From assembly GCA_002104905.1 (NCBI GenBank), contig MCFE01000183.1:1-64000 (forward strand): 64,000 nt of DNA, given 5' to 3'. The position numbers and the translations under genes are program-made. A model generated the notes under the pieces. The model ran no database searches. It saw only the letters and a program-made list of their open reading frames with translations, and was not told the origin of the DNA. Source of the DNA: Basidiobolus meristosporus CBS 931.73. Taxonomy: Eukaryota > Fungi > Basidiobolomycota. Of the stretch, positions 32,860-45,469 are shown piece by piece (position 1 is the stretch's first letter; each line of letters begins with the position of its first letter).

Positions 32860-35690
32860 GAAGTAAATCCTCAAAGCACCCATTACTAATTTAAGCTGAA
32901 ACATGCCATTTCACTAGCCAAATGAAATCCTCCATCAGTAGATGAGTTGCTGGGTTCACTTGGCTACAGAAAGCATCTTCAAAGGTTCCTTACAGGTGCT
33001 GTCTCATTGCATACTGGGATTTTCTAGGCTCATATAGGGTACAGTTTTAGAGGATATAGACTTGCAATCAACCAGTGAGCCTTCTTCTGCCAAGCTATCA
33101 CTCTGCATGCCATATTTAGAAGACTGAGGTTAGCCTAAAGGCATCACAAATTCACCTGACTCAGTTTGTGCAAGGCAACAAGTGCAGCTAAGTGCCATCA
33201 TAGTAGGGTAATCAAACCTCCCACAGGCAAGTTGATCAGTGTAGCTACTAGGAAGCACTTATTCAGATTTTATCTTATTGTATTATCCCATAACTCTTTG
33301 CCCAAGTTAGCTGTATTATGATCAAATGATGCTATCCTAATTAGTTATCATCAATAGTTGTCCTAATTATCATTCAGCTTTGTGATCACCATTTATATCT
33401 GCTGTATACAAGTGCCTGTGACACATGACCTAGGTCTGTGTTACCATACCTGCTATTTTAATATTCTGTTGTACCTCTATGTTAAAAAGGTTTAACACTG
33501 CTGGTCTCTGATTGGTTGGCTGCTCTGTGCATCTTAGAACCTTCCAGGAAGTTCCAGAGCATTGTTAGCTTGTACTGATTTCATCCAGAACTCCACTGAT
33601 GCCTGGGGACCTCTAGGACCTTGTCATTAGTAATCACTTGTAATTGGCAAAAGTATGTAAGTGAAGTCTATCCATTATCAGTAGATCATCTTTTCTATCA
33701 GTAGTAATTCCCACTTATTGATTAGCAGTAGATCATTACCTATATCTCCAACAGGTACACCTCAAACCTGCCATGAGGTGACTTCTCCAAGTAGCACACA
33801 AGACACACAGAGGCCTTTGGAGACATTTCAGGCACAGAGGAGGCTGGAGAGGCAGGAACTTCTACCATAGTGATATAGTGATAGAGAGACCAGCAGTTTA
33901 GGCCCAGAGGTTATTGCACCCATCAGACACCTCATATACCTTAAGTGGTGTAGCTTCTCCTGGAAGTACCTCTACATCACCACACCACTGTAGGAATATC
34001 AGTTAGCTGGCAAGAAAGTATCGGTACAGTAGTGATTGATTAATGGTCAAATACAACTTTTATGGCAAAGCACCGGCTAGAGTCCTTGTTACACTTCCTA
34101 TGCTATCAGTGTGCTTCATGGCCAAGATACTTGTTGCAATAGTCATATGGTGTGTTTTTCTACTCTATGATGCTGAATCAAAATGGTCTTCACCATGGGG
34201 CAAGCTGTATGAATTACAACAATGTATTGCTATAATATCACTTTTTTGTTAATTCTCATGTGATTTTGAGACACTCTGATATTTGAGATATTGTACCTAT
34301 ATGTACATATGATATTATGGTGACCTACCAAAGTGAGCATTATAAGTAAAGCTGTGACATCACACATGCACATATATATAAAACTATTTCCCCTTTGCTT
34401 GGACCCACTTCCATATAGATGCTGTCAAAGGATAAAGCAAAGTTGTTTGGTTCCCAACTACACCTCACTGTTGACAGGTGCAGAGCAAAGGTTGGACAAC
34501 ACCTTGCTTTGGCATTAAGTTCAACCAGCAGAGCAACATCCAAAAAAGTCCATGTTGATAATATACCCACTGAAGGTAATAATGCAAACTGTACAGGCTC
34601 TAAGTCAAGTGGGCAAATGAGAGTCTCTGCAGAGCTACAAGCAACCATAATGCTCAGGCCAATGAGGGTGTTGAAAATGCAATACCTTTGGCTGACAACC
34701 AACAAGAGGCCATCATAAAACACCACCACCCATCTTAGCCTTTATGTTGTCAGCTCTTACGAAAGGATGAATGAGGAAGTTGTGTGCAATGGCTAATAGG
34801 GGACTCAATGGTCCGGAGAGATCAGAAAGCAGTCTAGAAACAGAATGAGCAGTTAATATGTGTAGATCAACAAAAATCCCAGGTGGAGACAGCAGCATTT
34901 TTGCCTCAAAGAAGAAACTTAAGTAGCCTATGCCACTGCCAAGATATGTGCAATTTCCCAATATAACAGCAGAGGAGCATTTACAGTCTTTAGATCACAA
35001 CAACAGCACCTAAAGATAATCCTAGAGAAAAGCCTTTTGCAGCACAGGAGGGAGAGACTGTAGTGATTATATCCAAGCCTCAAAATCAAGACACATTGCC
35101 AATCTATGAAGCTCTGGAGTGCAATGATGAAGAGCAGGCCAATATTTCTGAGGCCTTCAAGAGCTTAGCATGGCATCACCTTAAAGCTGGCATGCCATGG
35201 GACTATGCAGAGCTCAAGGCAAAGCAGAATGCACTTGACATGCTCTATGACCACAATCCTGGACTCAAACAAGTATATATATTTTGGGCAAGCATTACTT
35301 TTCCAAGAAAGTATCTCAAGAATAGCAGAAGCTAGCAAAGGCAGAAGCCCAAGGGTGCCATGGACAAAAGCCAGCAGCTTTCTCAAGTGCTTGTTAAAAG
35401 CAGGGCCAAACACTCCAAACATGTAGCAAAGAAATGTCTGGCTGCTAGAACAGTATCAGCAAGGGACAAGCAGGCCAAAACAGATGCATCTGTGCAGCAC
35501 TCATCAACAAGAAAATGTAGCTCAAACAGTAAACTCTCAGTTACTTCAGCAGTGCAGAATTTGACAATGACAAAAATCTGCAGCTTTTTCAGAAGCCCAT
35601 CACAAGCAGGGCTGATGGCTCCAAACAAGCAGCAAAGTAATATCAGGTTACCAGGAGAATACTGGCAAGGACAAGAAGGTTACAATGGAT
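32860..35690. mobile_element. CMC fragment 2: transposase 5' part (-, ATG 34196), 222-bp spacer, ORF2 (+, ATG 34419)
   Basis: Collinear with ~23600-25650. Confidence 0.8.
33199..33984 (+). repeat. Old, diverged LTR-A-related solo LTR (~786 bp)
   Basis: Shares CTGATTGGTTGG, CTTAGAACCTTC, TTAGTAATCACTT and the CATCACCACA end with LTR-A; flanks CCAT/CCAC. Confidence 0.65.
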
Positions 35691-36651
35691 GCACTAGTGC
35701 ATCATGTACTAAGAAGAAAACATAGTAAAATACAATAAGCACTTGGTGTCATCTATCAAACCAGTAGTATAAGTCATCAAATGAATCCATACATCCTTAT
35801 CAGACAGAAATAGATATATCAAGTAGGATCTAATTGGGTGATGATGTTGCAGTTAAATGAGTCATGGGCCACAACCCATGTTAGGAAATACAATTAGTCA
35901 GTTATATATCTGGGAAAATGTATATGAGGAGTTGATGGAAATTCAACAAAAATCAGTTCAAGTGTTAGTGAATACAATACTGGCTAAGCTCCCTATTTCT
36001 CTACAACTCTTATATCAGGACATGTAAAAATATTTGCAGCAATAACAAGAAACCTCCCTCCTGAAGAAAGAAGAAGCCTCCCTCAAGATCTCAAAAAATT
36101 AAGAATGGAAGGATTCTATGCAGCAAATCCTGGCCCAACAGCAACTGTTATTCCAGATTCTCAGCCAGCAGCAACAAGGATTTATTACCATGGTCCAGAA
36201 CCAGCAAAGCCCTGTCAAGAGCAACTTTAGTGTGATGGTCTACATGTACCATGGTAGAGTCAATGAAAACCAGAGAACTTGGTACTTCCAGATTTATTGT
36301 TAAAAGTCTTGGTGCAAGAGTTGTAGAGGAATAGGGTGTTTAGCTAGTGCTGTATTCACCAAAACTTCAACTGATTTATATTGAGGTTCCAGCAGCTGTT
36401 TATATACATTTTTGCCAGATGAACTGCCGACTAATTGTATTTGCTAATGTCAGCTGTGGCTGATTACTCATAGAGTGCATCATCATCACTCAATAAGATC
36501 CTACATAATATACCTATTCCTCGCTGATAAGGATCTGCTGATTCATCTGCTGACTAATGCTACTGATTTGATAAATAACACTGATAAACTGATAGGCTAA
36601 CCTTATTAATAATTGCTTTGGCTAAAAACTGATCTAGCTTAAGCATTCAAG

Positions 36652-39600
36652 TGTTACAAGTCTTGGTATAAGAGTTGTAGAGGAATAGGGAGTTTAGCTA
36701 GTATTGTATTCACTAAAACTTGAACTGATTTTTATTGAGGTTCCAGCAGCTCCTTATATACATTTTGCCAGATCAATTGCTGACTAATTGTATTTCCTAA
36801 TGTAGGTTGTGGCTGATGACTCATTTGATTGCATCATCATCACCCAAAAAGATCCTACTTAATATATCTATTTCTGTCTGATAAGGATCTGCTGATTCAT
36901 TTGCTGACTAATGCTACTGACTTCATAGATAATACTGATATACTGATAACCTAAACATATACTAATTGATTTGACTAAAAACTGGTCTAACTTAAACATT
37001 CAAGCGGCAGATCATAACATTCTCCCCTACTACAGTTGAGAGGGTTCTCCTGAATCTCTTTTCTTGTGATACCAGTATCTTGATGGTTCAGTATTATCAG
37101 CAAGTCTTGCAAGCTTGAGTCTGTCCCTATGAACTGAGTCTTCCCAGATATTGCCTTGTTTGTCCACCAGTTGGTAAGTTGCAAATGGACATTCTCTGAT
37201 GATCCTGAATGGTCCTGTCCATTGTGGCTCAAACTTCTTCCAAGTGTTGTTTCTTAGCAATACAAAGTTCCCAACTGTCAATGCTTCTGGTGCTGTAGTC
37301 TTATCAAATCTCTGCTTCATCTTTTCTGCACTTTGAGATACTTTGGGCTGTGCCTCTTGACGTCTTTGTTCCAGTTGCTGGTGTCTACTTGGCTGACTAA
37401 GTTCATCTTCTAAGGCGTCTGTAAGCTTGGGTTGTGTGAGATCTCCTGGAATCCTAGGTTCACATCCATAAACTAAGTAAATTCATGATTGCTGGGTGGT
37501 GTTGTGTACTCTGACTCTGCATGCAAAGAGTGCTTGGTCTATATACTCATCCCATCTACTGACAACTCCATTTGCATACTTGGTCAGCATTGTTCCAAAT
37601 AATCCATTAAACCGCTCAGTGACTCCATTAGTTCTGGGGTGATATGCCGAGGTTTTCAAGTGTCTGATCTGCTGCATTTCCAGGTAAGCCTCTAATGTCT
37701 TTGCCATAAAGTTTGCACCTCTATTGGATAAGATCTCCACAGGGCATCCAAACTTCATCAGGATCTCATGGTAAATGAAACTTGCAACTTCTTGTTCACT
37801 GGCTATTGGTACAGCTTTAGCAACTGGCTATTTAGTGGCATGGTCAATTGCTACTAGGATCCAACGGTTGCATTTCCTGGTAGTTGGCAGTCTTCCTGTA
37901 AAGTCAATTCCCCATCTTTCAAATGGTCTTACAGGCTCCAAAGGGAAGAGTTCGGCAATTCTTTGTGGCTGGCCTTGATTGATTTGGCAGTTTGGGCATG
38001 TTTTCACTAGCTTCTCAATATCTTGTTTCATTCTGGGCCACCATGCTCTGGCTTTCACAAGGCTATAGGTTCCTTCAATCCCAAGATGTCCATATCCATT
38101 GTGTAGCTTATGTATAAAATCCAGGCAAGCAACATATGGACAATAGGCAATAGGGCTTCCATCAACAATTTGGTAGTGTTTCATCCTGTACAACAAATTT
38201 GCTGGCTTCATCACGGATTATCTTCTTGATATCTTCATCCATCTTATTAGGAATGGCTTGGTCCTCCAAGTACTTTGGTAATAGGCTAGGCCAATCTGAT
38301 TCATGCACCAAGTTGGGTTGTGCAACTTGATCTAATCTTGATAAGGCATCAGCAACCGTGTTGTTTTTTCCAGGGCAGTAGGCAATCTCCAGGTCAAATT
38401 GCTGAATGTATTCACTCCATCTTGTCATTCTTCTAGAGAGTACCTTCTGAGTAAATATATACTTGAGGGAGGCATGATCAGTCTTCACAGTGCATTTGAC
38501 TCCTTCAATATAGCATCTCCATGTCTTCAAACAGTGTATTATAGCAAGCATCTCCTTCTCATGGACCAGATAGTTTTGTTCCGCTGAGTTCAGTTTCTTG
38601 GATTCAAAGGCAACAGGGTAGTCCTTTCCCTTGTGTTCTTGGCTCAGCACTCCACCAATTGCATAATCTGAAGCATCTGTGCACAGAGTGAACTCTTTTC
38701 TGAAGTCTGGTATTCTTAGGCTTGGCAGCTTAGCAAGTTCATTCTTGAGCATCTGGAAGGCAGTCTCACAAGCTATGTCCCACTTGTAGGTATTGTCTTT
38801 CTTGAGGATATCAGTTAAAGGGGCTGCAATACTTGCAAATGACTTGACAAATCTTCGATAATAGGAAACCATTCCAAGGAAGGATCTGAGTTCTGATATG
38901 CTATGGGGCTGCTTCAAATTCTTGATAACTTCAACCTTCTTAGGGTCTAAGGTCACTCCTGTGCTAGTCACTATGTGTCACAGGTATTCAACATGTCCCT
39001 TGAAGAATTCACACTTGGCTAGCTTGCCATATAGCTTGTTCTCTCTTAGTTTCTTCAAGACCTTTTCAATGTGCACTACATGATCCTCTTCTGTCTTGCT
39101 GTATATCAATATGTCATCCAGGTACATTATCACAAACTTGTCCAAGTACTCCTGAAAGACAGTCTGCATCAGCATCATGAATGTTGCAGGGGCATTAGTG
39201 AGGCCAAAACTCATGACTAAGTACTCGTAATGTCCATATCTGGTCCTAAATGCTGTCTTAGGAATATCTTCTGGTTTCACCCTAATTTGGTTGTATCCTG
39301 ACATGAGGTCAATCTTGCTGAAAATAGTGGCTCCATTAAGTTGGTCCAAAAGCTCATCAATCCAAGGTATGGGGTACTTATTCTTGACGGTAACTGAGTT
39401 CAGGGCTCTGTAGTCAATGCACATCCTAAGTGTTCCATCCTTCTTTTTCACAAAAAGCACTGGTGCTCCCCAGGGTGACTTGCTGGGCCTGATGTATCCT
39501 TGCTCCAATAGCTGAGCAATTTGTCTCTTCATTTCCTCCAATTCCAATGGACTCATTCTGTAAGGTGTCTTGCTCACTGGAGCGCTATCTCCTGTGTCAA

Positions 39601-41587
39601 TGGCATGATCCACATCTCTGACTGGTGGTAGGCTTACAAGCTCATCTGGAAACATGTCTGAATATTTCTTCAAGAGAGTCTGGACCTGCTGGGGTGCGGG
39701 GGTAGAGGAATCCTCCTGTAATACTGCCATGAGGAACATCTGGGTACCTTTTCTAAGTGCTCTACAGAACTGGGTCTTGCTAAGTTCACTTGTCTTACAC
39801 ACACTGGAATTGACCAAGTTGAAATCCGGCCTGGCAGGTAATAGCTCATAGGTCTTGTTGTCTTCTTGGATCTGAGTAGCATGGGTTCTCCAGTTGATTG
39901 ATGGATTACAACAAAATAGCCAGGTTTTCCCAAGTACAAGGTCAAACTTGCAGTTCCCAAATATATAAGCCTGTAGGTCTTCTTCATAGTCATTGATCTT
40001 CATTCTTACTGGCTGGGTAATACGGTTGATTATGTGGGAGTTCCCATCAGCTGTGGAGACTGAAGTTGATTTGGTAGGTTCCAAGTTGATTCCAGCTTTC
40101 AATGCAAATTGCTCTGACATGTACTCATGCGATGCTCCTGAGTCAATCATGATCTTGGCAGGTACTCCATTGATTACTCCATTCACGTACAATAACTTCC
40201 CTGAGTTTGCGGTCATTTGGGACAAGTACTCTTCTGTCATATGGAAGGTGAGTTCCAAGTCTTCTTCAAGCTCATCTTCCACATTACTGTGTTCATGGGA
40301 CTCAATATGGTTGAAGGTTCTTGTTGGCTGGTGTCCAATTCTTCTCTGAGGGCAGTACTTTGCAATATGTCCTTGCTGGTGGCAATTGAAGCAAAGTCCT
40401 TTCTTCTTACATTCTTCTGAGGTAGGATTCTTCTGCATAGCATCTATTTCCATTGGTACTGCTTCCGATTGTCTTCTTTCATAATGATTGTAGCCTTTCC
40501 AATTAGTCACTGTAGGCTTCCCAACTCCAAACATAGCTGAGTCATAGTCAATGGCAATCTTGATGGCTTCTTCAATAGTCTGAGGTCTTTGGTAATTCAC
40601 TTCCTTGCAAGTTCTTTCTTTCAACCCATCAATAAAGTATTCAACTTGATCCAAGGGGTCCATTCTTTCAATTTGTCCAAGTAGATATCTGTACTCATAG
40701 ATGTATTCTTGCACCATTCCTTTCTGTCTGAGTGTCTTTAACTTCCTTCTTAGTAGTGTCTGCTGGTGTGGAGGTTCAAAAGCATCCTGAATTTCCAACA
40801 CAAACTCATCCCAGGTAGAGATTGTAGAGCATCCCATCATAGTGGCCAACCTGATCTTGTTGTGGTACCACTGTAAAGCTGCATCTGCCAGGTGAGAAGC
40901 CGCATAATGCAACTTGCTTTCTGGAGCAATTCCTTTAGCTTTAAAAGCTTCTTCAATCTGAAAGAGCCAAGTTCCCAGGTTTTCATTGACTCTGCCATGG
41001 TACCGGTTGACCTTCACACTAAAGTTGCTCTTGACAGGGCTTTGCTAGCTCTGAGCCATGGTAGTCACTCCTTGTTGCTGTTGGCTGAGAATCTGGAGTA
41101 ACTGTTGCTGTTGGGCCAGGATTTGCTGCATGGCATTCTTCCATTCTTGATTGTCTGACATCTTGAGGGTGGTTTCTTCTTTCTTCAGGAGGGAGGTTTC
41201 TGGTTATTGCTGCTACCAATGTTACAAGTCTTGGTATAAGAGTTGTAGAGGAATAGGGAGTTTAGCTAGTATTGTATTCACTAAAACTTGAACTGATTTT
41301 TATTGAGGTTCCAGCAGCTCCTTATATACATTTTGCCAGATCAATTGCTGACTAATTGTATTTCCTAATGTAGGTTGTGGCTGATGACTCATTTGATTGC
41401 ATCATCATCACCCAATAAGATCCTACTTAATATATCTATTTCTGTCTGATAAGGATCTGCTGATTCATTTGCTGACTAATGCTACTGATTTCATAGATAA
41501 TACTGATATACTGATAACCTAAACATATACTAATTGATTTGACTAAAAACTGGTCTAACTTAAACATTCAAGCGGCAGATCATAACA
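36652..41587 (-). mobile_element. Ty3/gypsy element G1, full length (4936 bp), young, TSD CAAG
   Basis: LTRs 36652-37019 and 41220-41587 differ at 2 of 368 positions; PBS TGGTAGCAG ending 41218; PPT AGGGGAGAA 37020-37028; CAAG on both flanks. Confidence 0.97.
37030..41161 (-). pseudogene. gag-pol: Single-frame gypsy gag-pol (gag, [14 protein letters not shown] knuckle, IDSGASHEY protease, RT YLDD, RNase H, integrase with GPF motif, no chromodomain) with five lesions
   Basis: ORFs 38978-41017, 38162-38971, 37828-38214, 37483-37758 and 37030-37320; stops at 41045, 38978, 37828 and 37483, and a 2-nt deletion near 38175. Confidence 0.95.
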
Positions 41588-42317
41588 CAAGCAGTAACTC
41601 ATAACATAAGCAGCCATGAAGGCTAAAGGAATTCCTCCATAAAGCAAGTTAGAAAATAGGTCTACTTGGACGAATAGAAAGAATATACCTCCTGGATCAA
41701 GTTGAATACCTTATTGATGGATTCAAATAACAGAACTTCTGAGTAAGTGAATTATCAACAACCTTGGCCAATTGAAGAAGCCATCCAGATTGCCATTGAC
41801 TATGATTCAGCCATGTTTGTAGTTGGGAAGCCCACAATGACTAATTGGAAAAGCTAAAATCACTATGAAAGAAGACAATCAGAAGCAGTACCAGTGAAAA
41901 TAGATGCTATGCTGAAGAATCCCACCTCAGAAGAATGTAAGGAGAGGACTTAGCGTTAATTGTCACCAGCCAAGACATGTTACAAAGAACTGCCCTCAGA
42001 AAAGTAATGGATACCAGTTAACAAGAACCTTCATCCATCTTGAAGCCCTTGTGCATAGCAACATGGTGGATGAACTTAAAGAAGTCTGCAAACTTGCCTT
42101 CCATATCACAAATGAATACCTATCCAAAATAATCTCAAACTCCGCAAAGTATTATACTCAATAGGGTAATCAATGCAGTACCTGCCAAGATTATGATTGA
42201 CTCAGGAGCATCAAATGAATACATATCAGAGCAATTTGCATTGATAGCTAGAATCAACTTAGAACCCACCAAATCAACTTGGGTCTTATCAGCTGATGAG
42301 AACTCTCACGTAATTAA

Positions 42318-42686
42318 TGCTGAAATATTAGACTATTTGGTATCATTCTGCAGCTAAACATTTACTTAACAACTCTGGACTAGTCTTGGTCACTGTGGGA
42401 CTAACTTACAACTCTAACTTTGCCACTTTCTTCAGATCTATGATCATGTGATTATTCCCCTACAGTCAGGATCAAATAAGCACTAATACTAACTATTATA
42501 TACTAACCCTGAAACTGTTACTGAATGCTCCTGAATATTGAGAAACCCTCCTTACTTAGTGTTACAGCTCTACTACTTCTACAAAGGTATGAATACTGAG
42601 CTTCATTATTAATAAGCAACAGTTCAACTATTATCACTATTTCTTGATAGGTTCCTTATATCCAAATCACTTCTTAAATTGCAGCA
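42318..42686 (+). mobile_element. Solo LTR family E (369 bp), 5-bp TSD ATTAA
   Basis: TGCTG...CAGCA termini; ATTAA at 42313-42317 and 42687-42691; homologue at 44967-45338. Confidence 0.85.
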
Positions 42687-43829
42687 ATTAACCATCTTGC
42701 TCAGCCAGATAGAATGAAAATTAATGACTCTGGAGAAGATGTACAGGTCTAAGTATTTAGGGATTGCAAGATTGACCTTTTACTTGCAATAACCTTGCTA
42801 TTTTGTTGTAATCCATCAATCAACTGGAGAATGCATGCTACTCAGATCTAGAAGGACAACAAGACCTATGAGCTTTTGCCTGCCAGACTGGATTTCAGCT
42901 TGGTCTATTCCAGTGTGTGTGAAATAAGTGAACTTAGCAAGCCACCACTTTACAGAACACTTAGAAAAGGTACCCAGTTGTTCCTCATGACAGTTTTACA
43001 GGAGGATTCCTGTACCTCTGCACCCCAGAAGGTCCAGACTCTTTTGAAGAAATACTTAGGTGTGTTTGCTGATGAACTTGAAAGCCTACCACTAGTCAGA
43101 GATGTGGATCATGGTATTAGCACAGGAGATAGCCTTCCAGTGAGTAAGACACCGTATGAAATGAGTCCATTATAGTCAGAAGATATGAAGAGACAAACAG
43201 ATCAGTTATTGAGGCAAAGATATATTAGACCCAGCAAGTCATCTTGGGGAGCACCAGTACTTTTTGTGGAAAAGAAGGATGGAACACTCAAGATGTGCAT
43301 TGACTCCAGAGAACTCAACTCATTTACCATGGAGAATATATAGCCATTCCTTGGATTTATGACTTTTGGACCAACTCAATGCAGCCATTATACTCAGCAA
43401 GATTGGCCTCATGTCTAGATACAACCAGATTAGGGTGAAACCAGAGCACATCCCTAAGACAGCTTTCAGGACCACATATGTACTTTACAAGTACTTAGTC
43501 ATGAGTTTTGGCCTTACCAATGCCCCTGCAAGACTCATGACCTTAATGAAAACAGTGCCCCAGGAGTACTTACACAAGTTTGTAGGAATTTACCTAGCCA
43601 ACACATTAATATATAGCAAGACAGAGAAGGGACACTTAGTTGACATTTAAAAGATCTTGAAGAAGCCTAGAGAGTACAAGCTGTATAGCAAGGCTGCAAA
43701 GTGTGAATTTTGAAAGGAGCAGGTTGAATACCTGGGACATAGAGCAACTAGCACAGGAATAACCTTGGACCACAAAAGGGTTTAAGTAATCAAGAATCTG
43801 AAGCAGCTGCATAGCCTATCAGAGCAGCT

Positions 43830-44215
43830 CAGTATTTGTTGGCCTGTGCACCTGATGTTCTTTTCAACTGTTGGTGTCTACTAGCCTGACTGAACTCATC
43901 CTCCAAGTTGTTAGTGAGTTTTGGCCGTGATAGATCTCCTGCTATCCTTGTTTCACTTCCATATACCAAGGAAAATGGAAATTGTTTGGATGTATTGTGT
44001 GCTCTTACACAGTGCACAAATAGTGCTTAGTCTTTATACTTGTCCCATCTGCTGACAGCACCACACACTCTGGCTGTGAAAAGGCTACACATTCCTTCAA
44101 TTCTAAGAAGTTCATATCTGTAGTATGTTTCTGGGTTCTGTACTCTACCAATTGCATAATCTTGCAAATCTGTAAAGAGAGTTAGCACTTGTCTGAAGTC
44201 AGGTATTCTATGCAT
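43830..44215 (-). pseudogene. Scrambled gypsy RNase H / integrase fragments
   Basis: ORFs 43829-44017 and 44027-44215 resemble the G1 IN and RH segments. Confidence 0.7.
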
Positions 44216-44419
44216 GAAGTGTCAATGATGAGCCTTCATACAGACATTTGCACACTACTCCTTAATCTAGCAGAATTGGAAACCTCAGTGAGTCAACAGA
44301 GATGGAAGATTCTGAGTTGATAGCTATGGCATAGGTCTACATCAAGATGCCAGCAGATGTATGTAAGCAGATAGGTAACAAGACAAGTACTGAGATCAAG
44401 AATGAGTTTGCAGTGCAGG

Positions 44420-44787
44420 TGTTACAAGTCTTAGTATAAGAGTTGTAGAGGAATAGGGGGTTTAGCTAGTATTGCATTCACTAAAACTTGAACTGCTCTT
44501 TATTGAGAGTCTAGCAGCTCCTTATATAAATTTTGCCAAATCAATTGCTGACTAATTGTATTTCCTAATGTAGGCTGTAGCTGATAACTCATTTGATTGC
44601 GTCATCATCACCCAAAAAGATCCTACCTAATATATCTATTTCTGTCTGATAAGGATCTGCTGATTCATTTGCTGACTAGTGCTACTAATTGATAGATAAT
44701 ACTGATATACTGATAACCTAAGCATTTAACTAATTGATTTGACTAAAAACTGATCTAACTTCAACATTCAAGCAGCATATGATAACA
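44420..44787 (-). repeat. Solo LTR-G (368 bp)
   Basis: TGTTACAAG...GATAACA; flanks CAGG/AGGG give no clean 4-bp TSD. Confidence 0.88.
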
Positions 44788-44966
44788 AGGGGATATAATG
44801 ATGAAGCCATGCCAAACAATTTCATATGCAATTTGCATAATATGGGCTGGACACATCTGTTTGTGCCTCAGCTTTTGGAACCAAACAAATTTGAATGAGT
44901 TTTGCCTCAAATGACTAATGTATTATAAGATATATCAGAAGGGCTTAGTGGCTTCTAAAAGCAAAA

Positions 44967-45338
44967 TACTGTAGATATATTGGACTTTTTGGTATCATTC
45001 TGCAGCTAAACATTTACTTAACAACTTTTGGACTAGTCTTGGTCACTGTAGGACTAACTCACAGCTCTAACTTTGCCTCTTCCTTCAGATCTATGATCTA
45101 ATGATTATTCCCCTATAGTCAGGATCAAATTAGCACCAATACCAACTACTATGTACTAACCTCAAGACTGTTACAAAATGCTCCTGAATATTGAGAAAAC
45201 CCCTTACTCAGTGTTACAGCTGCATTACTTCTACAAAGGTATAAATACTGAGCTTCTTTATTAATAAACCACAGTTCAACTATTATCACTATTTCTTGAT
45301 AAGTTCCTTATATCCAAATCACTACTGAAATTATAACA
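44967..45338 (+). repeat. Second LTR-E copy, no TSD detected
   Basis: Collinear with 42318-42686. Confidence 0.75.
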
Positions 45339-45469
45339 TGTACATAGGACTTGTCACAGCAGCAGTTCCAAAGTATCAGACATAAGATACGTGAATACCT
45401 AGAGGAATCATAAGGTTAACCTTGAGAGAAAAAATACAGACAACAAGCAAATGTGTCCATTACATCACT

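Larger units (their letters stand above)
36298..41606 (-). repeat. Old solo LTR-G (36298-36651 plus 41592-41606) split by G1
   Basis: Family LTR sequence; the terminal CATAACA is displaced to 41600-41606. Confidence 0.8.
35785..43830 (+). mobile_element. Old gypsy G3: partial 5' LTR to 36029, gag 36030-36297 resuming at 41607, PR, RT; contains nested elements
   Basis: ORFs 36118-36303, 42876-43175 and 43366-43650 match the G1 gag-pol. Confidence 0.8.

Noticed and set aside
41045-41047. Programmed readthrough TAG in G1 gag
   Set aside because: G2 has CAG at this codon and it is not at the gag-pol boundary, so it is a nonsense mutation.
44220-44960. Possible gag-like or host coding remnant around the solo LTR-G (ELIAMA*VYIKMPADVCKQIG)
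   Set aside because: Too short and degenerate to assign without a profile search.
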